From contig OZ024750.1 of the NCBI GenBank assembly GCA_964016885.1, positions 35,216,001-35,280,000 on the forward strand: a stretch of DNA of 64,000 nucleotides, read 5' to 3'. The notes beneath the pieces were generated by a model that saw only the letters and a list, made by a program, of their open reading frames with translations, made no database searches and was not told the origin of the DNA. Made by a program: the position numbers and the translations under genes. Below, piece by piece: positions 1 through 13,925 of this stretch. Each line of letters starts with the position of its first letter. Position 1 is the first letter of the stretch. This DNA is from Eledone cirrhosa. Its lineage: Eukaryota.

Positions 1-698
1 GTGATTGATTTATGTATAACAAACTTTGAAACTTGCCTTGAAACATGAACTATTCTTTTTTTGCATTTACTTTGCTTCACTTGTGTTACCTTTTCAGAGA
101 TTTTCTTCTCATTTTTATCGACTGCTTCGCAGTCTAAGCAGAGGAAGTAGCAGAACTACTTCATACCTTGCAACAACAATGTTTCATATGTGATTTGGTT
201 AAAAAAACCAATTGTATTAGATTGCATATGAATACATAGTTGCCTCCCCCTTATAAAATCTTCTGGTTCACCAGAGAGAGAACTCTAGACAGCAAGAGGA
301 GAAGACGTACTGCAGAGTAGCTCTTACATATTCCTCATATTTTCCTGTGAAGAGGAACTAAATATTTATCAATGAGACATATTCAACATCTCGGGAATTG
401 TTCTATTACGGTATAAGATATTCATCGTTTCCTGTTTTGTTCTAGAAAGTATCTGTCTGGCTTCGACCTAACGGCAGTAATTGCTTTCATTTCTTATATC
501 CTCATCTCTTATATCCTCCTGTGTGTATATAAATTTGGCCTTCTAACAATAAATATGTGTTTATATCAAATTGAGTGTGAAAAATGATAATTATTTATAC
601 CTGGATGTCAGAAGCCTGTTGTTGCAAGTAAAAGGTATTAATAAGCATTTGACTCTCTTTTCGTCATATATTATTTGTTTATCTATTCGTTTATCTAA

Positions 699-805
699 TC
701 CCGCCGAGGTTGACTTTGCCTTTCATCCTTACGGGGTCGATAAAATAAAGTACCAGTAATGCACTGGTAATTGCTGGCCTTGTGCCTAAAGTAGAAACAA
801 TTATT
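699..805 (+). mobile_element. SINE fragment (Meta-domain-like body, 5' truncated)
   Basis: cccgccgaggttgactttgcctttcatccttacggggtcgataaaataaagtaccag recurs at about 14.4, 21.1, 34-35.7 and 40.3 kb, where some copies keep a tRNA-like head. Confidence 0.7.
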
Positions 806-1053
806 TGTTTATCTATTTAATCATGACAGACCAGAAGTATCTAGTACTTCTTACAGTTGAGAAACAAAATAAAAAGAGAAGATATATAGAGATAAGTGAA
901 TATAAAAACATAAATTTAAAATAAAATACAATAATGTAAATAGGGAAGGCCAATGGGATGTAAAAAATAAAGAAAAAATGGAAAACAAGGGAAGCTGTAA
1001 AGCAGCTAGAAGGTTCTGTTGTTGAATCTTTTTATAACCTCCATGTACCGATA

Positions 1054-1302
1054 TTGTTTATAGTTGGTAGATCTTTTACAATATATTGTATCTCCAATCT
1101 TGGTAGTTTTTTAATGATTGCCTTCAAGATGTCTTCTCTCTCTAAGACTGATAGTTTTTACATTGGAACAAATAGTGCCAAAGAGTTTCAGGTAAGTTAC
1201 CACAAGAACATAAAGGAGATTTTCTTGTTTATAGTTGGTAGATCTTTTACAATATATTGTATCTCCAATCTTGGTTTTTTTATGATTGGCTTTAAGATGT
1301 CT
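1054..1302 (+). repeat. Local direct duplication of about 80 bp (1054-1135 / 1226-1302)
   Basis: ttgtttatagttggtagatcttttacaatatattgtatctccaatcttgg occurs twice. Confidence 0.75.
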
Positions 1303-1306
1303 TAAG

Positions 1307-3163
1307 ACAAAAGACTAGCATGGAAGGCTTGGAAAATGGTGGCAATATAGACCAATACTCAGCCACTAAAAGAGAAGCTAGATGTCAGGTGTACTTAGTA
1401 TGCAAGGAAGCTGAGGTTTGCAAATGTTCTGCGAAGGGAAAATCAGAGACGTGTGGTGTTCCGCATTGCAAGGTAGTGTGTCAGTGTAAATCAGAATGTT
1501 GAAGATAAGTGTGTCTGAAATGATGCTGGAGTACTTAGTGTCACTGATGCTCAAAAAAAGGAGGCCTGGAAATGTCATTATGAGAGACTGATGAATGTTG
1601 AGAATGAATGGGAGAGAGAGAAACTACCCCCAGTAGACCCGACAGAGGGACCAGCTATTGAGATTGATGACTATAGGGTCAAAGAGGCAATTAAGGAAAT
1701 GAAAAGTGGTAAGGCTGCTGGACTGTCAGGGATAGTTGCTGAGATGCTAAAGGCATCAGGAGAAGTAGGAACTAAACTGGTTGCATGCATAGTCAATCAA
1801 GCTATATATGGCGGAGTCATACCCAAAGACTGGTGCAGCAGTATTCTCATAAATTGCTACAAAGGGGATGCTCTGGAGAGGAGCAATTATAGGGGTATAA
1901 AACTGATGGATCAGGTTATAAAAGTGGCAGAGAGAATATTAGCACAACTAATTAGAGAAAGGGTCAAATTAGATGAGATGGAGTTTGGTTTAGTGCCTGG
2001 GAAAAGTACAACAGATGCCCTCTTCTTGGTGAGACAACCACAAGAGAGGTTCTTAGAGAAAAATAAGCCACTATACTTATATTTTGTTGACCTAGAGAAG
2101 GCCTTTGATAAAGTACACCTATCTGTCATCTGGTGGTCCCTAAGGAAACTAAGTGTAGAGGAATGGCTTGTGAGGACAGTGCAAGTTATGTACAAGGGAG
2201 CTGTCAGTAAAGTCGGGGTAGGAATGGAGCTTAGTGAGGAATTCTAGATACAAGTAGGAGTGCACCAGGGTTTGGTCCTCAGTCCGCTCTTGTTCATTAT
2301 AGTCCTCCAAGCCATAACAGAGGAGTTTATGACTGGCTGCCCATGGGAACTTCTCTATGCTGACGATCTGCTACTTATAGCAGAATCAGTAGAGGAGCTA
2401 GAGAATAAATTCTGGCTATGAAAACAGCAGTTGGAATCAAGACAGGTAGGGAGAAATACGTATGCAGTAGATGTACAGGGAAATTTGACAGTAGTAATTG
2501 CAGTGAGAGACACATTTTTCAAATGCAGGTAGGTTCTATAGAAGTGGTTGATAGCTTCCGGTACCTAGGTGATCACATTAGTAAGAGAGGAGGGTACTCC
2601 AAGGCCATGGTATCTAGAATAAGGACAGGCTGGAAGAAGTTTAGGGAGCTGCTTCCTTTGTTGACAAAGAAGTGTTTCTCCCTATGAACAAAAAGTCGAT
2701 TATATGATGCCTGTATGAGATGCACGATGCTGCATGGTAGTGAGACATGGGCAGCAACTGCAGAGGATATGCGACGGCTGGAGAGAAATGAAGCAGGCAT
2801 GCTCCGTTGGATGTGCAGTGTCAATGTGCGTGGCGAGCAAGCATAGACGAGTTGAGAGAGAAACTGGGTATAAGAGGGATAAGTTGTGGTGTGCAGGAGA
2901 GAAGACTGTGATAGTATGGACATGTGATATGCATGCAGGATGACCGCTGGGTAAAGAAGTGCCACAAAATCCCAGTAGAAGGAAGACACAGTAGAGGAAG
3001 ACCACGAAAAACATTGTCGGAGGTGGTGAGAGCAGACCTCAGATCGCTGAAGCTCACGGAGGAGATGACAAAGGACCGTGACAAGTGGAGAGATGCTGTG
3101 CTGAATAGGACCTGTCTCACCCTTGCAAGCAGGGAAAAGTGGACGTTAAATGATGATGATGAT
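1307..3163 (+). mobile_element. RTE-clade LINE, 5' truncated, RT pseudogene with (GAT)n tail
   Basis: ORF 1591-2247 has RT motifs (KAAGLSGI, NYRGIKL, FVDLEKAFD); GVHQG and LYADD follow a stop; C-terminal RGRPRKT; ends gacgttaaatgatgatgat. Confidence 0.92.
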
Positions 3164-3229
3164 AACAAATTCTCCAAATGTGAGGAGAATCTAAGGGTCA
3201 CTCGTGTAGAAATCCCACAAAAGCCACAG

Positions 3230-3450
3230 TCACCCTGTCCACTAGGGCAAACTACCCTCTCCCAGTTTTTCTACTCCAATCTACAGGCGTATGTTCAAGG
3301 CAGGCCCATTCACACGGACCATGCTCACCTCTATCACCTACCTTTCAACTAACTGGCTGGAAGACAGCACTTCCCTCACCACCCTACTTCAAGAAATCTA
3401 ATAATAAGAAAGCCAAATAATGTCTGCAGTTGTGTTCTGTACACCTTGAA
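3230..3450 (+). mobile_element. Possible piggyBac-like transposase C-terminal remnant
   Basis: GRP followed by LAGRQHFP and Cys codons resembles the PGBD4-type C-terminus; heavily decayed. Confidence 0.3.
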
Positions 3451-3997
3451 AGACTAAAAACATTACTAATCAATGACTTAATCTAATATAGTTTTTTTCT
3501 TGGTGTGTAATGTTTTTCTAGTTCTCCTTATCATGCACCCAGTATTAAATATGTTAACACTAACAACTATTCTCTCTCTAATAATTGATTGCCTAATGAT
3601 TATAGTATTATTGGTGTCAAGGTATTTAATGGAATCAATTTTATCCAAATCAATATAAGGAATTGTCACTTCTGTGATAATTTATCAGGACTTTTATGTT
3701 GTATTTTCACTATTACATGTATATGTATAAGAAAATATTAGCTGTCAGTTTTGATCAAATCTTTATTTAACCTTTCCTGAAATTAGCTTGGTACAGAAAG
3801 CATATATTTATAAACTAACATTTATGTAAAAGGAAATTCTGTTGCTGAAAATTCAAAATAAAAGCAAAGTCAAAATATTTTTCGGTGATTATATATTTAG
3901 ATGTTTACCAAAAGCTGCTAGCTGAAGGGTTAACGTTTTGTCATACAAAGTTTGTTTATGTCTACTTGGCATATCTTTACATTTTACATCATGTTCT

Positions 3998-4145
3998 CTG
4001 CTGGGTGAAGGGAAGAAGTGCCAGGAGATGCCAGTGGAAGAAAGTTGCAGTAGAGGTAGACCAAGAAAAACCTGGGGAGAGATTGTGAAAGCTGACCTCA
4101 AATCACTGAGACTCACAGAAGAGATGATGAAGGAACGTGATGAGT
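3998..4145 (+). mobile_element. RTE LINE 3' fragment
   Basis: KKCQEMPVEESCSRGRPRKTWGEIVKADL is homologous to 2950-3080. Confidence 0.8.
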
Positions 4146-4579
4146 GTATTAGTTATGAGTTTGGCATTCGATGGTCTTATCCCCTGGGTATTTTGTTTAT
4201 TGCTGGTTTTGTTTTCAGAGTGTATTATTTACATAAAAGAACATTCAGAGATTACTTTGAGTTTGTTCTAGGTGTATCTATGTTCAGATTTAGGTGTTTA
4301 ATAGTCCTATTTGCTTAATTATGTAAAATGTATTGCATAGAAAATGAAAACAAATCATGGAAGAGTATTAACACAAGCCTGTCTGAAGTTTGTCTTTGTA
4401 GTATATCTTGATAACTTAGTCTTTTGTGGGGAACAGTTCTTAATTATTATATTAGGATTTATCAAATTTATTTTGTAGCATTAAGAGATGCGCAATAAAA
4501 TGTTTGAGGTTGATCCTCGGATCAGAAACTCTGATCCAGTTTTGTCTGATATCACATTACCCAGTTCATCCTGCAGTTG

Positions 4580-5030
4580 TTGATAGAGCTGAGTGGACTA
4601 TGATAATCTGGCTATTGAGCTGACTGCCTTAGCTGTGGTTGATAGAGCTGACTGCCCTAGCTGTGGTTGATAGAGCTGAGTGGACTATGATAATCTGGCT
4701 ATTGAGCTGACTGCCCTAGCTGTGATTGATAGAGCTGACTGCCCTAGTTGTGGTTGATAGAGCTGACTGCCCTAGTTGTGGTTGATAGAGCTGATTGCCC
4801 TAGTTGTGATTGATAGTGCTGAGTGGACTATGATAATCTGGCTATTGAGCTGACTGCCCTAGCTGTGGTTGATAGAGCTGACTGCCCTAGTTGTGGTTGA
4901 TAGAGCTGGGTGGACTATGATAATCTGGATATTGAGCTGACTGCTCTAGCTGTGGTTGATAGAGCTGACAGCCCTAGTTGTGGTTGACAGAGCTGGATGT
5001 CTTTACAGTGGTTGATGGAGCTGGATGGTC
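4580..5030. repeat. Minisatellite with ~28-bp unit gatagagctgactgccctagctgtggtt and an interspersed variant unit
   Basis: Tandem units visible directly. Confidence 0.9.
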
Positions 5031-5304
5031 TATGATAGTCTGGTTATAATGAGGAGCTGTGTATAGTAACTCAAAATGCTCTATATAATAGCCAAATCTA
5101 ACTCAATTGCTGTCCTTTTATCTCTAATACAATGTAAAAAACAAGCTGATTATATCCAGAATGCTGGGAAAGTTTGATAAAAATATTAGTTTCTTTAGAG
5201 ATATGATGACATCCTCCATGTTTTGGTCTCCCATTTGATTTAAAACAATAACAACAAAAACCCAATATAAATCTTATTTTTTTCTTTGTATGTAGCTTCA
5301 GTAG

Positions 5305-5580
5305 TGGAGGTGTGTGGCCTAGTGGTAAAGATGTTGGACTTACAATCATAATGTTGTGTGTTCGATTCTTGGACTGGGTTGTGTGTTATGTTCTTGAGCA
5401 AAACACTTCATTTCCCATTGCTCCAGTATACTCAGCTGAAAATAAGTACCAGCAATATCTGGGGGAGTTTCACCTTGTGAAGAACAGGCATCCTGTCGAG
5501 GGGTGAGTCTTGTAGTCTGTTGTTTAATGCCACAGAAACTGAGATTAGCACCGGCCTGATGAGGCTTGGGACAAACTTGA
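5305..5580 (+). mobile_element. tRNA-derived SINE (CORE/V-like central domain)
   Basis: A-box tggcctagtgg, B-box gttcgattc, then ttcttgagcaaaacactt. Confidence 0.7.
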
Positions 5581-8049
5581 GACCTTTTAGTAGTTTTTGT
5601 TGACAAGACTTAACTATATGTATAGGCAAGGATTCAATAGATTTCTTTGTATGTAGCTTTTGTTGCTGAGTCTTACAGCCAAGCATTCATCAGAAAAATA
5701 TTAGTAAAAACATTTGGTATTCTTGAGAATAATGCTAATTTAAAATATGCTCTTAAAGTATAATTATGAAAACAAATAGCTGATAGCATTAACGTAATAA
5801 GTGATGTATTTTATGAGAATAATTGAAATGTTAAAATGATTAATGGTGACATTTACTGAGCATTAAAAATATGAATAAATATAAAGGTATGATTAAATTC
5901 TGACTGATTTTCAATCAACTAAAATTATATTTCTCAAACTTGAGGTAAATGTAATTTACTTTCATAACTTCAACTAATGTTTTTCAATGAAGGAAAGTAT
6001 AGAAGAAAGAAGTAACTAAATACAAGACATTATTAAGCCATTATCTCAATTAATCATACAACTAGAGATGTGTGATTTTTCAAATTCTAACAGTAATACA
6101 TTTAGTATCTGGTTTTGCCATTGAAACTTTAAACTATGAATTTTAATAATAAAATAAAAATTCTATCAATGTTAGCAAAATTGAATTTACTTTCATTACC
6201 ATACGGCTGATTATTGGTTTCTGAAATTTGATAGCATTTGCGAGAAAAATAATTTAGCTGAAATAAAACCTATCTTATCTTGGCAAAATTGTATTATCTT
6301 GTTTATAAAGCTATAAAGATAACTAACATTTTATTTTAAAATGTTCCAGCTGTTATGTTTTCAGTTGAATCTGTAGTTAATTTCAATAGGGGCACATGAT
6401 AAATAGAGAACCATTATGGGGAGAAAAAAAAGAAAAAATCTAAATGGGTAAACCTGGCATAATATTTTACTTAAATTTCACTGACCTAGTTAAAGTTAGC
6501 TTCTTAAGCCAGCCATTTGATATCCTAGCCAACAGAATATTCCCACTGTTATGACACTGCTGTTTAAATTTCAGTCTAGCAATACAAGAATCTACTTTGA
6601 TCAACTTTACTACCTACAGTTCTGTTGACTCTTAATCTGTTCCCTTTCACTTTAAACTCTGGAATCTCCATTAACCGATTCTATTTTCATTCCTGTTATA
6701 AATTTCACTTTACAATTGGCTTCAACTTTAATACATCCAAATGTTCTTTGATGTAAATAATAAATACATCTTCATACATTTGCATCTTCTACTTGATTAA
6801 AGATTCTCAACAAAGTCTTTATGAATGTAGGCATTATAGAACATTTCTCAAATATGTTTAATCTTTAGATTTTACTATATTGCACTTTTTATGGTTACTT
6901 CCATCAATTTACCTGCTTTGTTCCACCAACCAGCAACTAGTATTTCTTATGATATGAGCCAATAATCTAACTGACATCTTTACAGTCTGCAATATTGACA
7001 TTTAAAAGCTATGTTTGACATCTGCATTGCCCAAGGTTTCTTAACTTCTCTTTACAACAATCGGTTTAACATGAAAATCCACAGAATATCTCTGTATATT
7101 CAATTTACATTTAAAATAGTAGACATATTTTTACTTTTGTATTGATAAATCTTAGAAAATCACTTACTATTGATTCTAATCCATTCTCATACAATCATTT
7201 TCATTTAAAAGTGTCATAAGATTCTTCAAAAGATTTTAATTCTTTTCATATTTTCTATTTACATGTGTAATTGTTTATAGCTTATACTACAGTAACTGTG
7301 TAATGTTAGATACTGTGTAGTAGTTGATATAGCTTACACTACAGGGATTCTATTTAATGTTAGATACTGTGTAATACTTGATATACTTTACAGATATTCT
7401 ATTTAATGTTATGGCTCCACCACATTCTGTATGTCAATACAGCACCCCTACGACTCCATCTGGAGTTACGGGACCATACCATACTATGTAATAGTTGATA
7501 TAGTTTACACTAGGCCTATTCTATTTAATGTTGATAGTGTTATTAGAATTGTAAGAAACTCTCAAGAGAACTGGACAGCAGAAAGTCTTCAGAGAAGAAA
7601 ACCTCACCCACCCCTCATGCAAATGTCTCCTATTACTCCATGATAAAATGTTATTAATTCTGTTTATAATATTTATTCATTTATTACTATATAAAAAGAA
7701 CTTCTGCTAATGTTTTGAAATTAAATTGAATTAAAATCTCGGTTGTAAAGAAATGCTCTTAATATATCAATTAATATTTTTTAATTAGTATTTAATGTGA
7801 GTTTTTCTTCAGTAAAGAAACATAAGAGTTTTATTTATGAAAGAATATAAAAATAATTATATAAATGTGACTACTTGAATATTTATTACTTTAGCAATAA
7901 GAAGATTTCTCTTAAATTTCATAAATTTTTCATTACCCTGGTTTAATTGAAGAAGTATATTTGTATTTATAATTTGGACTGAAAATTAACAAAAATAAGA
8001 TTTGGGTGATTAACCAAACCAAACCAACATTTTCACTTGATATATAAAT

Positions 8050-8385
8050 AGTTACTCAATAAAGTAGCTCGGAGATTAGAGAGTCACTCCAGATATAGCT
8101 GCTGCTTCTCCAAATTGTGAGATCATAGGTGAGATATGTGGTTAGAATGTCTCAGGAAAGAATCACTGAACAGATTTTACAGGCAAAACCAACCAACAGG
8201 ATCCCTAGAGGTAGACCCCGAGCAAGATGGTTGGATAACATCCATGAGCTTGGCTATCCACACTTGGGGGATCCAGTCGGATCAGTTGGAGATGGTTGCT
8301 TCTGACAGGACCCACTGGAAGGCGGGTTTGAGGGACTCTGCCCCCATGGCCCTATCAGGAATCAGTGGGCGAAGAAGAAGTGTAA
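8050..8385 (+). mobile_element. Decayed LINE (RTE-like) 3' fragment
   Basis: One frame reads ILQAKPTNRIPRGRPRARWLDNI, a typical RTE C-terminus. Confidence 0.55.
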
Positions 8386-8619
8386 ATAGTGATTTCTGAT
8401 TTAATTAATACAAGGCTAAAAAATTTAGGGGGTTTAGGGAGGGCAAAGTTGATTAAATCAATCCCCAGTATTTGACTGGTATTGTATTTTATCGACTGCA
8501 GAAGGATGAAAGGCAGAGCTGACTGCAGCGGGATTTGAACTAAGAATGTAAAAACACTGGACAAATACTGCAATGTCATTTTAACTGATTCTCTACCAAT
8601 TCTGTCAATCCATTTCCCA

Positions 8620-8770
8620 CCCCACCAACACCACCACTGTCACCACCACTACTGTTACCACCACCAACACCACCACCACCACCACTGTCACCACCACTGT
8701 CACCACCACTGTCACCACCACTACTGTTACCACCACCAACACCACCACCACTGCTTCCACAACTACCACC
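8620..8770. repeat. (CAC)n/(ACC)n imperfect microsatellite
   Basis: Visible directly. Confidence 0.9.
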
Positions 8771-10047
8771 CTCGCTTGATATATATAAACAAATGAATGT
8801 ATAACCATATCAGAGGAATCAACAAGTGGATTTCTACACAGGCTCTCAATAAGCTAAAAATAACAACCTAATAAAACCCTACTGATTTAGAAAGGAAGGA
8901 CGTTGTATAATAAAGTTGTAGATGTTTATTTAAAAGATAGGATGGTCAAGGCTATTACATGTAGCCATTTGGTTTAGATAGTAAAACTATATATCTATTG
9001 TCTAGTTCATTCTGTTAGTGGAAAAAATCTTACACAACAACATAATTATCTAAGAATTGAATTACATGTAATACATTGAAAATAGTATCCATTTGTGAAA
9101 CAACCACTCCACTGGTAAATTGATACAAATCTAAATCCATTTGTATGGCTAAAAACTATAGAAATAGTGACATCTCTAGTAAGTTTGTTTGTTTGTTTTT
9201 TTCTTTTCAATCTATATGCAAGATTGATGATGATGGTTGGTAAACAAGCAGATAAGCTTTGTCACTATGATTGTGTAATATTTACTGTGAATGAGATGAC
9301 AGTTTAACAATTGTCATGAGAAATTTAAAACTGGTGTTTATCTGTTCCAAGCAATTTAGAACTGGTAGCTATAGCAATCTATAACTGGCAACTCAGATAT
9401 GAAGTAGAGGTGTTATTAAAGATTAAGATCAGCAGTAACTAATCTATAGGCTGTGCCAAAATCTTTTCCTTATAAAATATAAAAAAACTGTAAAATACCC
9501 ATGAATATATTGTTATAGATTAACCCATAGGCATAATGGATACAGCACAATATTTATTACAAACCAAAAAAACTGAGGAATATTTGCCAAAGAAACATAT
9601 CATATGTTAATAATATGTTAAATTTTTAGAAAATTGTTTTTTTTTCTTAATTTAAATAGTGAAAATAATGTGGTATGGGTGTAGGGTGGCTGTGGTGGTG
9701 GAGAAGTATTGATTTGCTAAAAAAATAAAGAGCTCAGTGGTAAAATTGTTTTGCCAAAACATAACACAAAAGTTTGGAAATGGTTGGGATAGAATATGTG
9801 TCTCAGAGACGTAACTAGGTAAAATAATGCCTATGGCAAGCTGGGAAATAGCACCCCAACCTAAACATTTGACACCCATTTTTCAGATAACCATAAAGTT
9901 TAATTGGTGCCCCCTTCTAGTGGCCCCCATGGCACATGCCATGCTTGCCATACCATAGTTTCGCCTCTGGTCTGAGTCTATCTAATTAGTTTTTGAAACT
10001 AATTAATGAAATGTTGCACTTTAATTGAAATGAGAATTTCTTGACCT

Positions 10048-10191
10048 TAGCTGGATGTGACATCACTGAGTGACATAGCTGAGTGTGACATCACTGAGTG
10101 ACGTAGCTGAGTGGGGCATAGCTGAGTATGACAGTTGAGTGTGGTATAGCTAAGTGTGACATAGTTGAGGGTGACACTAGCTGAGAAAAAG

Positions 10192-10227
<36 letters not shown>

Positions 10228-10745
10228 AGTTGACGGGACATAGCTGAGTAGGGCATAGCTGAGTGTGACAGTTGAGTGTGGTATAGCTAAGTGTGACATA
10301 GTTGAGGGTGACACTAGCTGAGTAGAAGCTATATATATATATATATATATAATAAGTTGACGGGACATAGCTGAGTAGGTCATAGCTGAGTGTGACAGTT
10401 GAGTGTGGTATAGCTAAGTGTGACATAGTTGAGGGTGACACTAGCTGAGTAGAAGCTATATATATATATATATATATATATAAGTTGATGGGACATAGCT
10501 GAGTAGGGCATAGCTGAGTGTGACAGTTGAGTGTGGTATAGCTAAGTGTGACATAGTTGAGGGTGACACTAGCTGAGTAGAAGCTATATATATATATATA
10601 TATATAATAAGTTGACGGGACATAGCTGAGTAGGTCATAGCTGAGTGTGACAGTTGAGTGTGGTATAGCTAAGTGTGACATAGTTGAGGGTGACACTAGC
10701 TGAGTAGAAGCTATATATATATATATATATATATATAAGTTGACA
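10048..10745. repeat. Higher-order tandem repeat: ~125-bp units built from ~15-bp subrepeats (gctgagtgtgacata), each unit ending in (TA)n
   Basis: About five units visible directly. Confidence 0.9.
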
Positions 10746-11275
10746 GGACTAGCGTGAGTGTCACTGCTAGTACCGGTTGCATCTCAGCGTACTCAATAGG
10801 TAATGTTATGTAAAATCCCAGAGTAGACACAGAGTTATTTGCTTCAATACAACACACGTACTCGAGTTTCAGCCACACTTAATGCAACAAGAGAGCGTAC
10901 AGCATCCACTGTGTGCATTTATTATGCAACAATGCACAATCAGCACATGTGGCTTCATCAGCGGATTTCACCTATTCAATAACCAATTGATTGACACAAT
11001 TCGATTCCAGTCTGTGTCGGCCATGACAGTGAATCTTACAGGCAACACAGTAGTACATTAGCAACAAAGTTTAATTAATTAAATCCTTATGCGTCATCAC
11101 AATGCCGTCAACTGATTGGCTACTGGCTCAGAAATTTACGTGACAGTAGGAGACAAAAATTCAAATAGTTCAGCTCACGCCATAGGCACTCAGCCAACTT
11201 CTCTCCAACACAAATTAACAAGTGAGTGATGAAAAAATCAGTTATTAAAGAAAATCAGTCTCCAATCGCTCTTTG
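10738..11275. mobile_element. Unclassified interspersed repeat; second copy at 39988-40702
   Basis: Shared blocks such as gtactcaataggtaatgttatg, cacagtagtacattag and aaagaaaatcagtctccaa. Confidence 0.75.
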
Positions 11276-11295
11276 AGGATATATATATATATAGA

Positions 11296-11460
11296 AGTGG
11301 TCGTGGAGGTGCCACGGCAAAAAGCACCCAGCACTCACTGTAAATGAGGTTGGTGTTAGGAAGGGCATCCAGCTGTAGAAATCAAGCCAGAATCAGTTCC
11401 CATCCCACCCTTGCAAGCAGGGAAAAAGCGGATGTAAAATGAAATGATGATGATGATGAA
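11296..11460 (+). mobile_element. 5'-truncated SINE with RTE-type 3' tail
   Basis: Matches the 3' half of the SINE at 13926-14276; ends cttgcaagcaggg...atgatgatg. Confidence 0.8.
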
Positions 11461-11535
11461 TGAAGTGGTAACACAACAGTTAGTTCACCATAGATCTGCT
11501 AAGCTGAAACAATTGTTCTCGGTATGGTGAACTAG

Positions 11536-11619
<84 letters not shown>

Positions 11620-11621
<2 letters not shown>

Positions 11622-11895
11622 CTATCCAGGAAGCTCCAACCGTTAAGGTTGTTTTTTTTCCGGGTATATCAATATTTATTTATAAAACAAATCTGTATTT
11701 TATCTGATGAAAGCGCACCATAATTTGCCTTGGTGGCCCTTGAAATATGTATAATAAAATAAATATGGTTTTATAAATCTAGTTTCCATTTATTAATATA
11801 TCGTGTATTTACTCCACTAATCTGTTGAGTGCTTTATATCAGTTATAAACATTTTTAAGCTTGTTGAATCCCAACAAATTAAATATAACCTCTGC
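11620..11895 (+). mobile_element. Penelope-like pLTR fragment containing a type I hammerhead (11696-11761)
   Basis: tattttat-CTGATGA-stem II-GAAA-tatgta-TA-ataaaata; flanking sequence is similar to the 3' end of the PLE at 43.8-44.0 kb. Confidence 0.7.
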
Positions 11896-12104
11896 ATATC
11901 ATCATTTCATTTTCATCATTTCATTTTACGTCCACTTTTCCCTGCTTGCAAGGGTGGGACGGGAACTGATATATATATATATTTTTTTTTTGTCCTGCAG
12001 GGTGTCCAAAATCACCCTTCTCACCAAGTAAACTTGGTGGGGTTGCCGGAAGAACTGATAGAGTCAACGGCCATCCAAAAGTGTGTAAATATGTATATAC
12101 ACAT

Positions 12105-12792
12105 GGTAATATTTGAAGATCTAGTTAAACTTTAATTAGTTACTTACCTAGCTGTGTGTGTTTACACACTTTACAAATTATCCCCTGTGATTGTTTCATG
12201 TGTTAATTTTAAATATATATGTCAATCAATTTCTAGATGATATCAAATGCTCGGATCTATTCATTGGAATCTTTGAGCTTATTCTACAGTGGATATGGCG
12301 CAAGTCTTGGACATGACTCCTTTAATTTAATTTAATTAAATCTATTTCGGATATATAAACGGCTTCTTATCTGTAGAGCTAAATCAGTTGAAAGGACTTG
12401 GCTGCTATTTATAACTGTCGACCACCCTATTCACGCCAATGGGAGGACGCTAGCATGTTGTTAGTAGTTTTAGAATTGCAACACGTGCGACGGGTCTCTC
12501 GCAGATTTGTATTTGATGCGTAAACACAGAGTTATTTCTTCCTCCTTGCTGATGATCTGAGATTTAACTGCTGTGATTTTACGGATTTTTAGTGAAATAT
12601 ATTTCTTTAATGAAATATATACAAGGAGGATTAATCATTTCTTAAAAGGTAATATTTGAAGATCTAGTTAAACTTTAATTAGTTACCTACCTAGCTGTGT
12701 GTGTTTACACACTTTACAAATTATTCCCTGTGATTGTTTCATGTGTTTATTTTAAATATATATATATATGTCAATCAATTTCTAGATGATAT
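12105..12792. repeat. Element with ~140-bp terminal direct repeat (12105-12243 / 12648-12792), period about 543 bp
   Basis: ggtaatatttgaagatctagttaaac...ttctagatgatat occurs twice. Confidence 0.8.
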
Positions 12793-13611
12793 ATACACAT
12801 GTATGTATATGTGGATATGCATAGGTGCATGTGTATGTATATGCGCGGGGACATAGAAATAGTTGGGCTGGACACCCGATCGCGCGATTAAACCACTGGG
12901 AGTGAAGGACCCGTAGCCTTTGTCAGGGCATTCTTTTAGGAGAAGGCAACTCAGGAAACTGGGATAACTCCAATATAAAACCTGCGGCTCAGTAGTTACC
13001 GATGATGTTGATCTTTTCTTTTTTTCGGGTTATAGCTACTGTCACTCAGAGAGTGGGATTGGCTCAGTGCACAGTCTTTTCTCACTTTAAAAAATATCTT
13101 CACGCACAGGCACTGCACGATAGAATTAATTAATAATTTTTAATAATGGTATATCATGCAATGGCCATACTCGATAACAAGGGGGCAGCCATCATATATA
13201 TATTAATATATATAGAAATCCTGGAGTCCATTCAACACAAATCACCTTCAACATATTCTAATGTATTAAATATATAAGAAAACTATTCTACACTATTTCG
13301 AAGTTCTATAGACTATTGCGACATATCCATTTTTTTGGTTTATTTAATTTCCTACAAATTCTTTAAATAACTTCTCTGGCAATTGTCTTTTTATTAACTT
13401 TTATTGGCTTAGAAAACAGTTTCAAATAAAAATAATTCTTATCTTGTTTATATGAAAAAAAAAGTTTATCTCTTTCAAAAAAATCTATAAACACAGTTTT
13501 TATATTTGAATATGATATAAACAAATTTAGTTTATGAGTGTATGTGTATGTATGTACGTACATACACATACTCACATATGTATATATATATGTATATATA
13601 TATGTATATAT

Positions 13612-13771
13612 AGAGGTAGAACACAGGAAGGTAATATCCGTAGTGGTAGAGCACTCAGTCCATGGGACGAGTTTGGTAGAAGTGGGAACACAACAGTTAG
13701 TTCACCATACCGAGAACAATTGTTTCACCTTAGAAGATCTATGATGAACTAACTGTTGTGTTACCACTTCT
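13612..13771. mobile_element. Foldback fragment of the HHR-bearing family seen at 59815-60077 (another fragment at 11462-11535)
   Basis: Shared gaagtggtaacacaacagttagttcaccata and gaaacaattgttctc; flanked by (TA)n. Confidence 0.75.
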
Positions 13772-13925
13772 ATATATATATATAGGGTGAAAGCAGCGAT
13801 TCTTTGCTTAAACTTTAATCTGCTATTTTAATAAATATATATATATATATATGTATATGTGTGTGTGTATATATATATATATATGTATGTATATATATAT
13901 ATATACACATATAATATATATATAT

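Noticed and set aside
12545-12600. CTGATGA at about 12549 (and at about 26500) as hammerhead cores
   Set aside because: No correctly placed GAAA, stem III or UH triplet found downstream.
12860-13190. GC-richer segment resembling an RTE 5' UTR, possibly with an HDV-like ribozyme
   Set aside because: I could not assemble the nested double pseudoknot by eye and there is no adjacent ORF; it needs a covariance-model search.
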